This document shows positions 11,335-24,705 of a DNA stretch of 64,000 nt, piece by piece (the first letter of the stretch is position 1; each line of letters starts with the position of its first letter). The stretch is from Mustelus asterias. Taxonomy: Eukaryota. The translations under genes and the position numbers were made by a program. The notes beneath the pieces were generated by a model, which made no database searches, was not told the origin of the DNA, and saw nothing but the letters and a program-made list of their open reading frames with translations. The stretch covers positions 73,284,001 to 73,348,000 of the forward strand of contig NC_135807.1 in NCBI RefSeq assembly GCF_964213995.1, written 5' to 3'.

Positions 11335-12432
11335 GAATTATTTAATAGGGTGTCTGCTCTCATTGCAGCTATTTACCTTAATATGAACCTTCTACAACTA
11401 ACACTGATTTTCTCTTACAAGTCCATGAAAAGCATGTTCCAACCTCTGATTGCATTGTGATGAATACTGATGAGCGATAAAGAGAATGACTTTAATGATT
11501 CAGGTCACTTTTATCTGAGCTGACCCAAGATCTCTGAAAGCAGTGCCACAAGTGAGTATCCAATAATTAGATTTCTACTGTCCATACTATCCTTCCAGTC
11601 CCAACTCCGCTCACTTGCTATCATTGCGCCCTTTCAGACTTTTTCACAGGGCCAGCTAGTGCCTATGGTCATTTGGACCAAAATTTCATCCATGATTCTT
11701 TTCAGTGTCCAATTTAGCTCTGCCCTTTGCCATCTGTGACAAACCGAGGGTTAGCGCTTCATCTGCAGCTCGTTTTAACATTATCAAAAGCCAATGGCAG
11801 CGGTTCCAATTCCTACCAGCAGTTTGTCTGTTCAAACTTTCAGATCTTGGCAGTGGTCTCTTTCATCCAAGTCCTTCAACGTTGAATTATTTAATAGGGT
11901 GTCTGCTCTCATTGCAGCTATTTACCTTAATATGAACCTTCTACAACTAACACTGATTTTCTCTTACAAGTCCATGAAAAGCATGTTCCAACCTCTGATT
12001 GCATTGTGATGAATACTGATGAGCGATAAAGAGAATGACTTTAATGATTCAGGTCACTTTTATCTGAGCTGACCCAAGATCTCTGAAAGCAGTGCCACAA
12101 GTGAGTATCCAATAATTAGATTTCTACTGTCCATACTATCCTTCCAGTCCCAACTCCGCTCACTTGCTATCATTGCGCCCTTTCAGACTTTTTCACAGGG
12201 CCAGCTAGTGCCTATGGTCATTTGGACCAAAATTTCATCCATGATTCTTTTCAGTGTCCAATTTAGCTCTGCCCTTTGCCATCTGTGACAAACCGAGGGT
12301 TAGCGCTTCATCTGCAGCTCGTTTTAACATTATCAAAAGCCAATGGCAGCGGTTCCAATTCCTACCAGCAGTTTGTCTGTTCAAACTTTCAGATCTTGGC
12401 AGTGGTCTCTTTCATCCAAGTCCTTCAACGTT
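11335..12432. repeat. Exact 549-bp tandem duplication (2 copies)
   Basis: gaattatttaatagggtg... starts at 11335 and 11884; copies appear identical by eye. Confidence 0.95.
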
Positions 12433-12553
12433 GCACATTAACATTATCAAAAGCCAATGGCAGCGGTTCCAATTCCTACCAGCAGTTTGTCTGTTCAAAC
12501 TTTCAGATCTTGGCAGTGGTCTCTTTCATCCAAGTCCTTCAACGTTGCACATT
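12326..12553. repeat. Exact 114-bp tandem duplication
   Basis: aacattatcaaaagcc...caacgttgcacatt at 12326-12439 and 12440-12553. Confidence 0.95.
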
Positions 12554-12604
12554 CCATCTAGACTGTTATATCCATCGATAGCCATTCGTTTAATATGATT
12601 GGCA

Positions 12605-13050
12605 CTTGGATAAGTATAGACTAATAAACAAAAGCCAGCAAGGAATTATTAAATGCAAATCTTGCTCGACTAACTTGATTCAGCTCTTTGCTGAAGGAAC
12701 AGAGAGGGTCCATGAGGGTAATGTGGTGATGTTTTGTATGTGGACTCACGAAAGGCATTTTATAAAGTACCACATTTATAATCAAAGCCCAAGACAATTT
12801 ACCACTAACCTCTGCTTTTCCCCCTTAGTCCAATATTGACTCAGAGGGAAAACAGAGGATAGTGGTGAACAGTTATTTTCAGATTGGTTTCCTAAAGGAG
12901 TCAATATTAGGACATTCATTTTAATATTTAATCAATGATCAGGAATTGGGTAAAGACAGCATAATTTCAAAGTTTGCAGATGATGTGAAACCTAGAAAAG
13001 TAATCATTACGAGGAGAGTATCAAATTTCAGCAGTACACAAACAATCTGG
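12605..13050 (+). mobile_element. Old CR1 RT fragment
   Basis: LINKSQQG...SCSTNLIQLF and ISKFADD in the translations. Confidence 0.7.
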
Positions 13051-15484
13051 GTTTCACTGCCTCGCCACCCCCGTCAGGGGGGAATGACAGGCAGGGTAGC
13101 TGGTAAAGTGGGCACCATGCTACTGGTGCCCATCCCTGTCTTGCTTACTTGCGAGCCCACACCCCTGTCTTCATTGCAATGGCATGAGAGGCAACAGAAG
13201 GCCCATATGTGCAAGGGCCAATTGAGGACCCCATGCAGCCAATTAATGGCCACTGAAGGGCCTCCCCATATTGCCTCTGCAACTTAACCAACACCAAGAG
13301 AGGCGCAGCCTTAAAGCTTTCGCTGTTTTGGCTAGTGAACAGGCAAGCGGGTGGGTGCATCTCCTTAACGGACCCTCTGTGCCCTACTGGAGGCCCTCCC
13401 AGGTCTTCTAACCCCCATGTTTGCCCTCCCCTCTGGGCTCTGGGGACCCGCCTTTAGAGCACTCCCGACTTTTAAGCCCTTTGTCCTTGGAAGCCCCACT
13501 CCCCCACCCCACTGCTTGCTCTCACAATGACCCCTATCCCTTCATCTGTACCTGCCTGACTATCCTCAGCGAGCCTGCCCCATTTACCTTCTCCTCAGAC
13601 TTCCATTGCTGGCTGCTGCTCCGGAGTTTCCTGCAGTCCCAGAGGTGGCCACTGTTCCCAGGGATGCTGCAAGATCTGAAGAGCTGTTGGCTGTCTTAGT
13701 GAACTGTTGTGATCGGGACTGCCTGAAATTGTGAAAAAGATTCAATAGTAACTTTCAAAAAGGAATTGGATAATATTTGACAGGGTGTGTGAGAGCACAG
13801 GAGTATGGCAAATTGAATAGCTCAGTTCAAAAAGCAGTACCAGTAAGATGGGCTGAATGGCAGCTTCTGTGCTGTCTCATTCGATGCTTCTTTGATTCTA
13901 TAACTAAAAACCACTTGTTCCCCTTCAGAAAAGGATGACAATTCAGAAATGCAATGATGAAACTTTTTCAACTGCATTCACTAATTAGTAATCAGTGTTA
14001 TAAAGGCACTTTTTTCATTGCCTGCTTTCAGTGCAGTCTGGGTGATTCCTCCCAGTGCATTGTGTGTGTGTGAAAATGTGGCAGAAACCATTCACAACAG
14101 CAGGACTGGGTAAGAGCAGTTCCTTGGAGGGGTGGTGGGATAGTTTAAAGATCGTAGAAGCAGGAAAAGCATGTTTAATGGAGGCCTACAAGAAAGGTGA
14201 GGTGCCATGAGGAAAGAGCAAGAATGGAGAAGCTGAGAGTCGTACTCTGGGGAGGAGGAGGAAATAAAGCACTATTGGTAAGTGAGTGGGAATGAAGGAG
14301 AATGACAACTTATAACTGAAAGAGACTGTTGGCCTGAACTGAGGGAGAGCACTACATCCATTGAAATGCCCGGGAGAGGAAAGTGCCAGATGGGTCAAAT
14401 AGGTCCAGAGCAATAATTTGAATTGGAAGAAGGGAACAATGGTCATATTGAATGGTATTCCAAAATGGAGCCGGAAAGTTGGGTAATAAAAGTGTCTTTC
14501 CATACTGGAGGTAGAGTTGAGATGGGAGAATCATTGCTGGGATCAAATTTAGAGTAATAATGTACTGCTTGTACATTGAATTTACAAAAGTTGTTTGTTA
14601 TTTATTCTGAAGATTAAAATCAATCCATTGCAAACTTTCAAAATGCTTAAAAATAACCGGAATGCGCCATCTGTAAGTTAAAGGCAAATGTATTTCCAGG
14701 GGATTATGTACCCACACACCATCAAGAGTATGTTACTAGTTGCCATGGAAAGGGGCCAGAGATGACATTTGGGAGGATGCCACATATCATTCTAAATTTG
14801 TTGCCCACATCACTGACTGAAATCACGAAATGACCAGTAAGATTGTGTTCAAATCTGCTGTTTAATTTGTATTAATATAGAAAACTTGGAAAACCTTTTT
14901 CCTCACTGATAGATAATCAACTGCTGGAGACATATATTAACAAAAAACAATTAATTCCCAGATGCCAGTGTATTTTTTAAATATAATTGAGCACATGGTT
15001 CTTCTATTTTGGGTGTAACAAATTGTAATATCTATGGCCCTGACATTCCAAGTTGCTGCTTTAATGGAAGTGATTGAAGACACTGATTCAATGCCGAGGG
15101 AGTTGGAGGGTAATATGCTGCTCCAGTTACTGATTGAAAGCCTGGGAATGCATGCAGAGGAATAATACCGCTTTTTATTAAATGATCCGAGGAGAGTGCA
15201 GTGCCATTTGGGAAATGCAATTGACCTGCATTCAGATAAATTGCCTTTGTCTGAAAAATATTTAGGACCTTCTGAAGAGCCTCAAATGAACCCAAATACA
15301 CATAGCCAGCAAGTCTCCTGTTGACGTCAGACAAGGTCGTAATAGACGGCATTTCCAGGATAGCTTGAGAACCTCAAATCAGGCCCCATAAAAATGGGAG
15401 GCCATGGCATAACCTTCACCCATTTCTACCACTCCACTCACCAGTCACCCCTCCCAACTCCCCAGTTCACTTTTTTACCCAAGG

Positions 15485-15782
15485 CAATGTCAAGCATGAC
15501 GCAGTTGGTAGAACTCTTGTTGCTGAGTCACTCATTTCCAGGTGTAAGCCTAGTCCAGGGTTTGAGACAAAAATTAAGGTTGACACTCCAGTGCAGTGCT
15601 TAGGTACACAGAACCCGTGCTGCAGTGTCAGAGGTACTGGCCTTCAGATGCAGTGTTCAACACAGGCTCCATCTACCTATTTGGGTGGAAGTAGATGATC
15701 AGATCAGATATAGAAGGAGATGGTGTCCAGGCCAATATTTATCCCTCAATCAACATCACAAAAACAATTATCTTGTCATTGT
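15485..15782 (+). mobile_element. Deu-domain SINE (SacSINE1/AmnSINE1-like)
   Basis: ggttgacactccagtgcagtgct...gtgctgcagtgtcagaggt...ggtgtccaggccaatatttatccctcaatcaacatcac, recognised as the Deu domain. Confidence 0.65.
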
Positions 15783-16303
15783 TTTCTTTTTTCATGGGAT
15801 GTGGGTATCAATGGCAAGGTCAGCATTTGTTGTCCATCTCTAATTGCCCTTGAGAAGGTAATGGTGAGCCACCTTCTTGAACTGCTGCAGTCCATGTGGT
15901 GTAGGTATACCCCCCAGTGCTGTTATAGAGCGAGCTCTAGGACCTTGGTCCGATGACAGCCAAGGAATGGCAATAGAGTTCCAAGTCAGGATGGTGTGTG
16001 ACTTTGAGGGAATTTGTAGGTGGTGGTGTTCCCATGAATCAGTAGCCTTAGTCATCCTGGGTGGTAGAGATTTGGAAAGTGCTATCAAAAGAACCTTGGT
16101 GAGTTGCTGCAGTGTAACTTGGAGGTGGTGCATACTGCTGTACTGTATATCGGTGGTGGTGCCAATCAAATGGCTGCTGCATCCTGGATAATGTTGATCT
16201 TCTTGGAGAGGCAGGTGGAGAGTTACCAATGACTTGTGCCTTGTAGATGGTGGACAGGCTTTGGGGAGTCAAGAGGTGAGCTGCACAAAACTGAATTCCC
16301 TAC

Positions 16304-16541
16304 ATAAATAAAAGCAAATTACTGCGGATGCTGGAATCTGAAACCAGAAGAGAAAATGCTGGAAAATCTCAGCAGGTCTGGCAGCACCTGTAAGGAGAGA
16401 AAAGAGCTGATGTTTCAAGTTCAGATGATCCTTTGTCAAAACTTTGACAAAGGGTCATCTGGACTCGAAATGTCAGCTCCTTTTTCTCCTTACAGGTGCT
16501 GCCAGACCTGCTGAGATTTTCCAGCATTTTCTCTTTTGGTT
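16304..16541. mobile_element. Penelope-like remnant (family B), ~100-bp-arm fold-back with hammerhead motif
   Basis: Arms ~16341-16440 and 16443-16541 with 2-nt loop; 14-bp TSD actgaattccctac (16290-16303, 16542-16555). Confidence 0.75.
16444..16478 (+). ncRNA. Minimal hammerhead ribozyme motif, U3-A8 variant (decayed)
   Basis: TTGACAA-A-GGGTC-atctg-GACTC-GAAA-(c>t)GTC-AGCT; 5-bp stem II, GUC triplet. Confidence 0.5.
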
Positions 16542-16590
16542 ACTGAATTCCCTACCTCTGACCTGCTCTTGCAGCCACAGGAATTATAAA

Positions 16591-16953
16591 GGGGAGGCAG
16601 TGATATTGGTGCCGGACTAGTAATCCAGAGACCCACAGTAATGCTTTGAGCGCCCGGGTTCGAATCCCACAATTGCAAATGGTGAAATTTGAATTCAATA
16701 AAAATCTGAAATTAATGGTCTTAGAATAACCATGAAACCATTGTTGTAAAAAACCCATTTGGTTCACTAATGTCCTTAAGGGAATGAAATCTGTCACCCT
16801 ACATATAACTACAGATCCACTTCAATGTGGTTGACTCGTAAATGCTCTCTGAAATGGCCTAGTAAGCCATTGAGTTCAAGAGCAATTAGGGTTGGGCAAT
16901 AAATGCTGGCCAGCCAGCAATGCCCACATCTCCTGAATGAGTAATAAAAAAAA
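16591..16953 (+). mobile_element. tRNA-headed SINE sharing body and tail with the single-ORF LINE
   Basis: B-box ggttcgaatccc at ~16657; atgtggttgactc...gaaatggcctagtaagccattgagtt|caagagcaattaggg...aataaaaaaaa. Confidence 0.8.
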
Positions 16954-17788
16954 CAGCTAACAAGTTCAGTTTCTGGTCAATGCTAACCTCCAGGATGCTG
17001 ATAGTGGAAGATTCAGCAATGGTAATGCCATTGAATGTCAAGAGTTGTTAGATTGTCTCTTGTTGGAGACAGTTATTGCCTGGCACTTATATGACGCAAA
17101 TGTTACTTGTCACTGATCAACCCAAGCCTGGATATTATTCAGATCCTCTTGCATTTGGACATGCACTGCTTCAGTTTGAGGAATCGTGGATGGTGCTGAA
17201 TATTGTGCAATCAGCAGCAAACATCCACATTTCTGACTTATGATGGAGAGAAATGAAACAGCTGAAGATGCTTGGACACTACCGTAAGGCAATATCCTAG
17301 AACTGAGATGATTGACTTCCAACAACCACAACCATTTTCCTTTGGCTCTAACAGTGGAGAGATCCCCCCACCCTCTCCATTTCTCATTGACTCGTATTTT
17401 GCCAGGGCTTCTTAGTGCCACATGTCAACTTTTGTCTTGATGTTAAGGGTTGCCACTCTCAGCTCACCATTGATGTTGTGTGTGGGTGTGCCTATTGCAT
17501 TACTGTGGTGACTAGGTTTCAAAAGTATTTCATTGACCTGAATTTTACACATGATGGATTGGAAGCAGCCGTGTTTTCCAGTCCCGCCTGAGATCAGTTA
17601 CTGAACGCAATATTATGTAGGCATGGAGGAGGGAGTGATTCCGGGGGACATTCACCTGCATCCCATTAGTGGGATGCAAACCTGTTTCATGCTGGCCTCT
17701 GACAGAATTGTGACCTGTGGGCAGTATCGGAAGATCCCACCGACATTTCAGACTGCTGGGAAACTGATTTTTGGAGCTCCTGCTGCAT

Positions 17789-20700
17789 TAGAACATAGAA
17801 CATAGAAAAGCTACAGCACAAACAGGCCCTTCGGCCCACAAGTTGCGCCGAACATGTCCCGACCTACTAGGCTTACCTATAACCCTCTATCTTACTAACT
17901 TCCATGAACTTATCCAAAAGTCTCTTAAAAGATCCTATCGAATCCGCCTCCACCACCACTACCGGCAGCCGATTCCATGCACCCACCACCCTCTGAGTGA
18001 AAAACTTACCCCTAACATCTCCTCTGTACCTACTCCCCAGCACCCTAAACCTGTGACCTCTTGTGGCAACCATTTCAGCCCTGGGTAAAAGCCTCTGAGA
18101 ATCCACTCTATCAATACCCCTCAACATCTTATACACCTCTATCAGGTCACCTCTCATCCTTCGCCTCTCCAAGGAGAAAAGACCTAGCTCTCTCAACCTA
18201 TCCTCATAAGGCATGCCACCTAATCCAGGCAACATCCTTGTAAATCCCCTCTGCACCCTTTCTATGGCTTCCACATCCTTTCTGTAATGAGGCAACCAGA
18301 ACTGGGCACAGTACACCAGGTGGGGTCTGACCAGGGTCCTATACAGCTGCAGCATTATCTCCCGATTTCGAAACTCAATTCCTCTATTGATGAAGGCCAG
18401 TATTCACCACAGCCTCCACCTGCGACGCTGCTTTGAGCGTCCTATGAACCTGGATCCCAAGATCCTCTGATCTTCCACACTGCCAAGCATCTTACCCTTA
18501 ATATTATATTCTTTCATCCTATTCGACCTGCCAAAATGAACCACCACACACTTATCTGGGTTGAAGTCCATCTGCCACTTCTCCGCCCAGTCTTGCATCT
18601 TATCTATGTCTCGTTGCAACTGCTGACATCCCTCTACACTATCCACAACCCCACCAACCTTTGTGTCATCAGCAAACTTGCCAACCCATCCTTCCACTTC
18701 CTCATGCAGGTCATTTATAAAAATCACAAAGAGCAAGGGTCCCAGAACAGATCCCTGGGGCACTCCACTGGTGACCGACCTCCATGCTGAAAAAGACCCA
18801 TCTACAACCACTCTTTGCCTTCTGTGGGCAAGCCAGTTCTGAATCCACAAAGCAATGTCCCCTTGTATCCCATGCCCCTTCACTTTCTCAATGAGCCTTG
18901 CATGGGGCACCTTATCAAACGCCTTGCTGAAATCCATATAAACTACATCTACTGCTCTTCCCTCATCTATGTGTCTAGTTACATTTTCAAAAGATTCAAT
19001 TAGGCTCATAAGGCATGATTTGCCTTGGACTATTGCTGGCTATTTCTGATCCAGATGTTCATAAATCCTGCCTCACAGGATCTTCTCCATCAACTTACCA
19101 ACCACTGAGGTTAGACTCACTGGTCTATAATTTCCCAGGCTATCTCTTCTCCCTTTCTTGAATAACGGAACCACATCCGCCATCCTCCAATCCTCCGGAA
19201 CCTCTCCCGTCTCCATTGATGACTCAAAGATCATCGCCAGAGGCTCAGCAATCTCTTTCCTTGCCTCCCACAGTAACCTGGGGTACATCCCATCCGGTCC
19301 CGGCAATTTATCTAACTTGATGCTTTTCAAAAGCTCCAACACATCCTCTTTCCTAATGTCCACATGCTCAATCTTCTCAGCCCACTGCAAGTCTGCACTG
19401 CAACTACCAAGATCCTTTTCCACTGTGAATACTGAAGCAAAGTATTCATTGAGTACCTCTGCCATTTCTATCAGTTCTATAGAGACTTTCCCACCATCAC
19501 ATTTGATACATCATACTCCTTCACATTTTATCCTCTTGCTCTTAACATACTTGTCGAATGCCTTGGGGTTTTCCTTTATCCTGTCTGCCAAGGCCTTCTC
19601 ATGACCCCTTCTTGCTCTTCTAATTTCCCTCTTGAGTTCCTTCCTACTAGTCGTATACTCTTCTAGATTTCTAACATTACCTAGCTCCCTGAATCTTTTG
19701 TAGGCTTTTCTTTTCTTCTTGACTAAATTCGTTACAGCTTTCGTGCACCATGGTTCCTGTGACCCACCATAACTTCCCTGTCTCATTGGAACGTTGCTGT
19801 GTAGAGCTCCAGACAAATTTTCCTTGAAAATTTGCCACATTTCTTCTGTACATTTCCCTGAGAAAACCTCCTTCCAATTTATGCCTCTAATTTCCTGCCT
19901 AATAGCCTCATAATTACCCTTACTCCAAATGAACACTTTCCTAGCTTGATTGATCCTATCTGTCTCCAATGCTAATGTAAAGGAGATAGAGTTATAATCA
20001 CTATCCCCAAAATGCTCTCCCACTGAGAGATCTGACACCTGCCCAGATTCATTCCCTAATACCAAATCAAGTACAGCTTCTCCTCTTGTAGGCTTATCCA
20101 CATACTGTGTCAGGAAGCCCTCCTGAACACACCTAACAAACTCCTCCCCATCTAAACCCTTTACCCTAGGGATATTCCAATCGATATTTGGGAAATTAAA
20201 ATCTCCCATCACGACCACTCTGTTATTATCACATCTCTCCAGGATCTGCTTCCCAATCTGCTCCTCCACATCCCTGCTACTATTGGGCAGCCTAGAGAAA
20301 ACACCCAGTAAAGTTATTGACCCCTTCCTGTTGCGAACCTCCACCCACAGAGATTCTGTAGACAATCCCTCTGTGGCGTCCATCTTTTCTACAGCTGTGA
20401 CACTATCCCTGATCAACAGTGCCACTCCCCCACCTCTTTTGCCTCCTTCCCTGTCCCTCCTGAAACATCTGAAACCTGGCACTTGAAGTATCCAGTTCTA
20501 TCCCTGAGATAACCAAGTCTCTGTAATGGCCACCATACTTCCAAGTAGTGATCCACGCTCTAAGCTCATCCATTTTGTTCACTACACTCCTTGCGTTAAA
20601 ATTCACACATCTCAACCCTTCGGTCTGAGCGCTCCCCTTCTCCGTCATCTGCCTATCCTCCCTCTCTCACTGTCTACAAGCCCCTTTTATTTTTAAGCTA

Positions 20701-20910
20701 ACCTCCTCTCTCCCAGTCACCTCATTTCGATTCCCACCCCCAACCATTCTAGTTTAAACACTCCCCAGTAGCCTTAGCAAACCTTCCCGCCAGGATATTG
20801 GTCCCCCTGGGATTTAAGTGAAACCCGTCCTTTTTGTACAGGTCGCACCTGCCCCTAAAGAGGTCCCAATGATCCAGGAACCTGAATCCCTGACCCCTGC
20901 TCCAATCCCT
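17789..20910 (-). mobile_element. CR1 LINE (ORF1 C-terminus + fragmented ORF2)
   Basis: ORFs 19511..20482 (APE), 19073..19465, 18404..19009 (FADD), 17873..18355; (ttctatg)n tail; ORF1 DGFHLN motif; internal deletions. Confidence 0.95.
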
Positions 20911-21063
20911 TTGTCATCCCTCCCTCCCAACCACCATTAAAGCCACCACGGGGGGCAAGGGGAAATTCTGTCATGTGACCATAGAATCAATACTTCCGTT
21001 AACCACACAATAACTTGATGGCATGAGCCATGCCGCATAATGGGGAATGAATGGTGACCATTC

Positions 21064-21795
21064 TGTTAGGGAACCAGATCAAAAGCCCCAAGGTGTATTA
21101 TGAAGTCAGACTAGACTCCCACAATTTTCTATTTTGGCATTAATGTGAGGATAGGATGTTTCATTCCAGGTGTGATTCTACTGACAAACAAGGGAGCTTT
21201 TATCAAAACAAACTTTGTTTGACAGTTACTATAACAAATGAATTAGCTTAACTTTTAACAATTGACAGATACTTAAACATGACAAGATACAATTCTAAAC
21301 TTTTGACCTATCACTAAGTTCCAATCAAGCAAAATGTCTTTATAGACTTAAACACCTCTTTGTAATTAGTTAGCAAAACACAGGCATACAGGCTTGTGAC
21401 TCAGCTTAAAAGTCCTAGAGCTTTCAGAAAACCTCTGGAGAGAGAGAGATAGAGAGACACCTGTTTCTTCTAGCAGGTCCAGGCAGAAATGAAAATGAAA
21501 CAAGTCCTTTCTGCAAGCTTAGCGCCTTCCATTAATCACATGACTCTGTCCCTGACAATCAACCTAATCAAAACTCACATGACTCTGCAAAACTAATCTA
21601 AAATTCCAAGAGAACCTAAATAAACAAAAGGTCCATTAACTCTACAAAGTAACACATTCATAGCTAAAATCAGTTATTATGATGCATTCTCAGCACTTGA
21701 GTTTCCCAGACATATTGACTCCTGTAACTAAACATGGCCTCTTAAAGCAGTCTCACCTTACACAAAATAAATCAAAATAGCACTGTATCATCACA
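21064..21795 (-). mobile_element. Solo LTR (732 bp)
   Basis: tgttag...catcaca ends with 4-bp TSD attc (21060-21063, 21796-21799); related to 27921-28966; strand tentative. Confidence 0.8.
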
Positions 21796-22125
21796 ATTCA
21801 CTTCTCCTGATATCCCATTTTTGGGACTTTATGTTTGTAGACACCAAGCCCTGAGTGACTATTGTATCTCAGTTCTTGCAGATATCCAGATAATAGTAAC
21901 TGTTATTTCTACATGTGATCTGTCGCATCTTGATGTTTCTTCAGTGCCATGTTCCCCCAGAAGGTCACTTACATTTGAATGACTTCCCAGAGTCAGGTCC
22001 AACATGAGTTAAGGCAGAAACCACAAAAAAGTTAGCTGGCCTTCTTGGAGTCAATTTTATCAGGATAAATTGTTCATATTCAGTGCTCCATTTTAAATCC
22101 ACCATCTTCACACTTTCAGGCCTTT

Positions 22126-22478
22126 CATAGAATCATAGAATCATAGAACCCTACAGTGCAGAAAGAGGCCATTCGGCCCATCGAGTCTGCACCGACCACA
22201 ATCCCACCCAGGCCCTACCCCTATATCTCTACATATTTTACCCGCTAATCCCTCTAACCTACTCATCTCAGGACATTAAGGGGCAATTTTAGCACAGCCA
22301 ATCAACCTAACCCGCACATCTTTGGACTGTGGGAGGAAACCGGAGCACCCGGAGGAAACCCACGCAGACACGAGGAGAATGTGCAAACTCCACACAGACA
22401 GTGACCTGAGCGGGAATCGAACCCAGGTCCCTGGAGCTGTGAAGCCGCAGTGCTAACCACTGTGCTACTGTGCCGCCC
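22126..22478 (-). mobile_element. HE1-type V-SINE, full length
   Basis: Very similar to 29-382; (attctatg)n tail. Confidence 0.9.
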
Positions 22479-22967
22479 TTTGATATGATCATAACACTGA
22501 ACAGATTTTTAAAAATGACCTGATACAGTAATCATAGATTAATGATGAGTCTGGGTCTGCTCTGGATTTTAATACAATTTATGCATTCTGTACTTAACCA
22601 GCTATGGGAGAGGCATGAAATTCATTGTCTTAATGGTACTGGAGGGGATGCCACACAGGTCTAATGGGGTACAAGGCACAGCCAGCCTCTTCCTATATAG
22701 TGCATGCACTGTTCTATTATTAAAAAGGATACACGAATGGCTGGCCCCTGTGTTGTTGAATCCGCGCAATCCTAGTGTTGCACAGTCCAGTTGGCTGATA
22801 TGATGCTAGGTACCAAATTTGGATCACACAAGCCCTGGCAACATATCCATACAGCACTCTGCAAATAAAAGCACAGAATATAAAATGGGCACTGCACTTG
22901 TGTTCCTTTAAGGGCCAGACACCCAAATTGCAGGGTAGGTAATCTTTTAAAACTTCTGCTGCTGTAA

Positions 22968-23292
22968 AGGGTGGCACTGTGGAAACAGTGTTTAGCACTG
23001 CTGCCCCACAGTGTCAGGGACCTGGGTTCAATTCCGGTCTTGTATGACTGTCTATATGGACCTTACACGTTCTCCCTATGGGTTTCCTTCCACAGTTGAA
23101 AGATATGCCTGTTAGATGGATTGGCCATGCTCAATTGCCCTTTAGTGTCCAAAGATGTGTAGGTTACCTGGATTCACCATGGTAAATGCACAGAGTTATG
23201 GGATAAGGTGGGGGGGTGGACCTGGGTAAGATCCTCCATCAAAGAGTCGGTGCAGACTGGATGGGCTGAATGCCCTCCTTCTTTGGATTCTA
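22968..23292 (+). mobile_element. HE1-type V-SINE, older copy
   Basis: gggtggcactgtgg...ttagcactgctgcc...gggttcaattcc...ggtgcagactggatgggctgaatg. Confidence 0.8.
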
Positions 23293-24207
23293 AAGTGCTG
23301 GAAACACCCTGAAGTGATGTTGGAGCTGTTGTAGTGAGTTCCTGGATTTACTGGAGAAGTTTGCTGCCTCCTGGCAGAGAAGGCAATGGATTTTATAATC
23401 TGTCTAAACAAAGGTTGCAACGGGTTTGACAAATGCAATCGTTGTGCCTCTGGGTCTACAGCACGGCAGGAGGATGTCGGAGAGGCTATGGAGAGGGCAA
23501 GCTGTGTGCCATTCCCTCTGTCAACCTGAAATTGGACCCCTCCAAGCTCCTTGGCAGTGACAGGAGGCTGTCTGGCAGGCCAGTCAGTGCACCCAGCAAC
23601 TTGGTGTACATGGCATTCAGTAACCACTTGTATTCCCCCCTCACCTCCACTGAAGTCCTCATTTGAGTCCTCTGCGGTAGAGCACCCTTGCCCTCTGATG
23701 AATTAGCAAATTAACTATCCCTTATACTAGTGGTAGGGCCCATTCATGCCGAGATGACTCACCATGTACTGATCCCAACTCCATACTGGCCTCCATGGTA
23801 TGCACAGTGTCAGCATCTGAGCTGCTTCCTGCATTTTGAGAGATCAAGTGATGGGGCCTCTTCATTAAAGCTGTCAGGAAATTTATGTTTAATGAGTAGT
23901 TTTAGTTTAGTTAAGACACAATCGAAGTATCGCGACCCAATATGGCTTTATGCTGAATTCTGGGCCACAGGCTCATCACATGACTTAGTCTTAGCAACAC
24001 ACTCACATTTGACGAGGGACAAAGAACATATGGCCTTTGAAGCAAGATGTCAAGGTAGAACAATTTACTGGTACAAAACCCTCCACCTCCCTCACAATTA
24101 AAATTATCAGCTCCATTCTCTAAATTCAAAATCCTCCTATTGTGCAAAGATAAACAAATATTAAAACATTCAGCCTTGTGGATTATATTAGTGCAGTTTA
24201 ACTTGTG

Positions 24208-24334
24208 GGGTGGGATTTTACAGCCTTGTTCATCGCGAAACTATAAAATCCCACCCGAGGTCAATGGACCTTCCCACTGTCTGCCCTTTGCCCGCTCCGA
24301 TTCCTGTGGTGGGCGGGACGGTAAAATTCCGGTC
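24208..24334. mobile_element. MITE, Harbinger-like
   Basis: TIR gggtgggattttac / gtaaaattccggtc; 3-bp TSD gtg (24205-24207, 24335-24337); same family inverted at 60186-60322. Confidence 0.65.
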
Positions 24335-24705
24335 GTGATGTTTAAAATACGTTTATTTCACAATATATAATTATCTTTAATTTTGTAAGTTTAGAATTAA
24401 ATTCTGTAATTAGCGTTTTTACCTCTGTAGTTCTTTTAAAGTTTAATATCTGTTAGTTGAATGTATTGTGTTATATTTAGCATTGATATTTTTTTTATAT
24501 AGACTTTGTGTAATTGCAGCAACTTTGTAAGTTTTGCAGAGCTATTCTGTATGTTTAATTGTCTTAAACCAAGCTCTGACAGGTACAACAAAGACATACT
24601 CGAGCAAAACAATTGTCTCAGCAAAAACACACTGGAAAAGTGCCTGATCAATGAAATAATTTATAGATCAATTAGACATCCAATGAATCCATGTCCCCAA
24701 ACATC

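Larger units (their letters stand above)
15785..17470 (-). mobile_element. Fragments of the single-ORF LINE family with nested insertions
   Basis: Translations TPQSLSTIYKAQV, FKKVAHHYLLKGN, TEAVHVQMQEDLNNIQAW match the 8323-9660 ORFs. Confidence 0.75.

Noticed and set aside
15032-15352. ORF-like stretch on both strands
   Set aside because: Plus frame has an internal stop, minus ORF has no recognisable motif, and there is no splice support.
16591-16672. tRNA gene
   Set aside because: A/B-box head continues into a SINE body and LINE tail; no intact cloverleaf.
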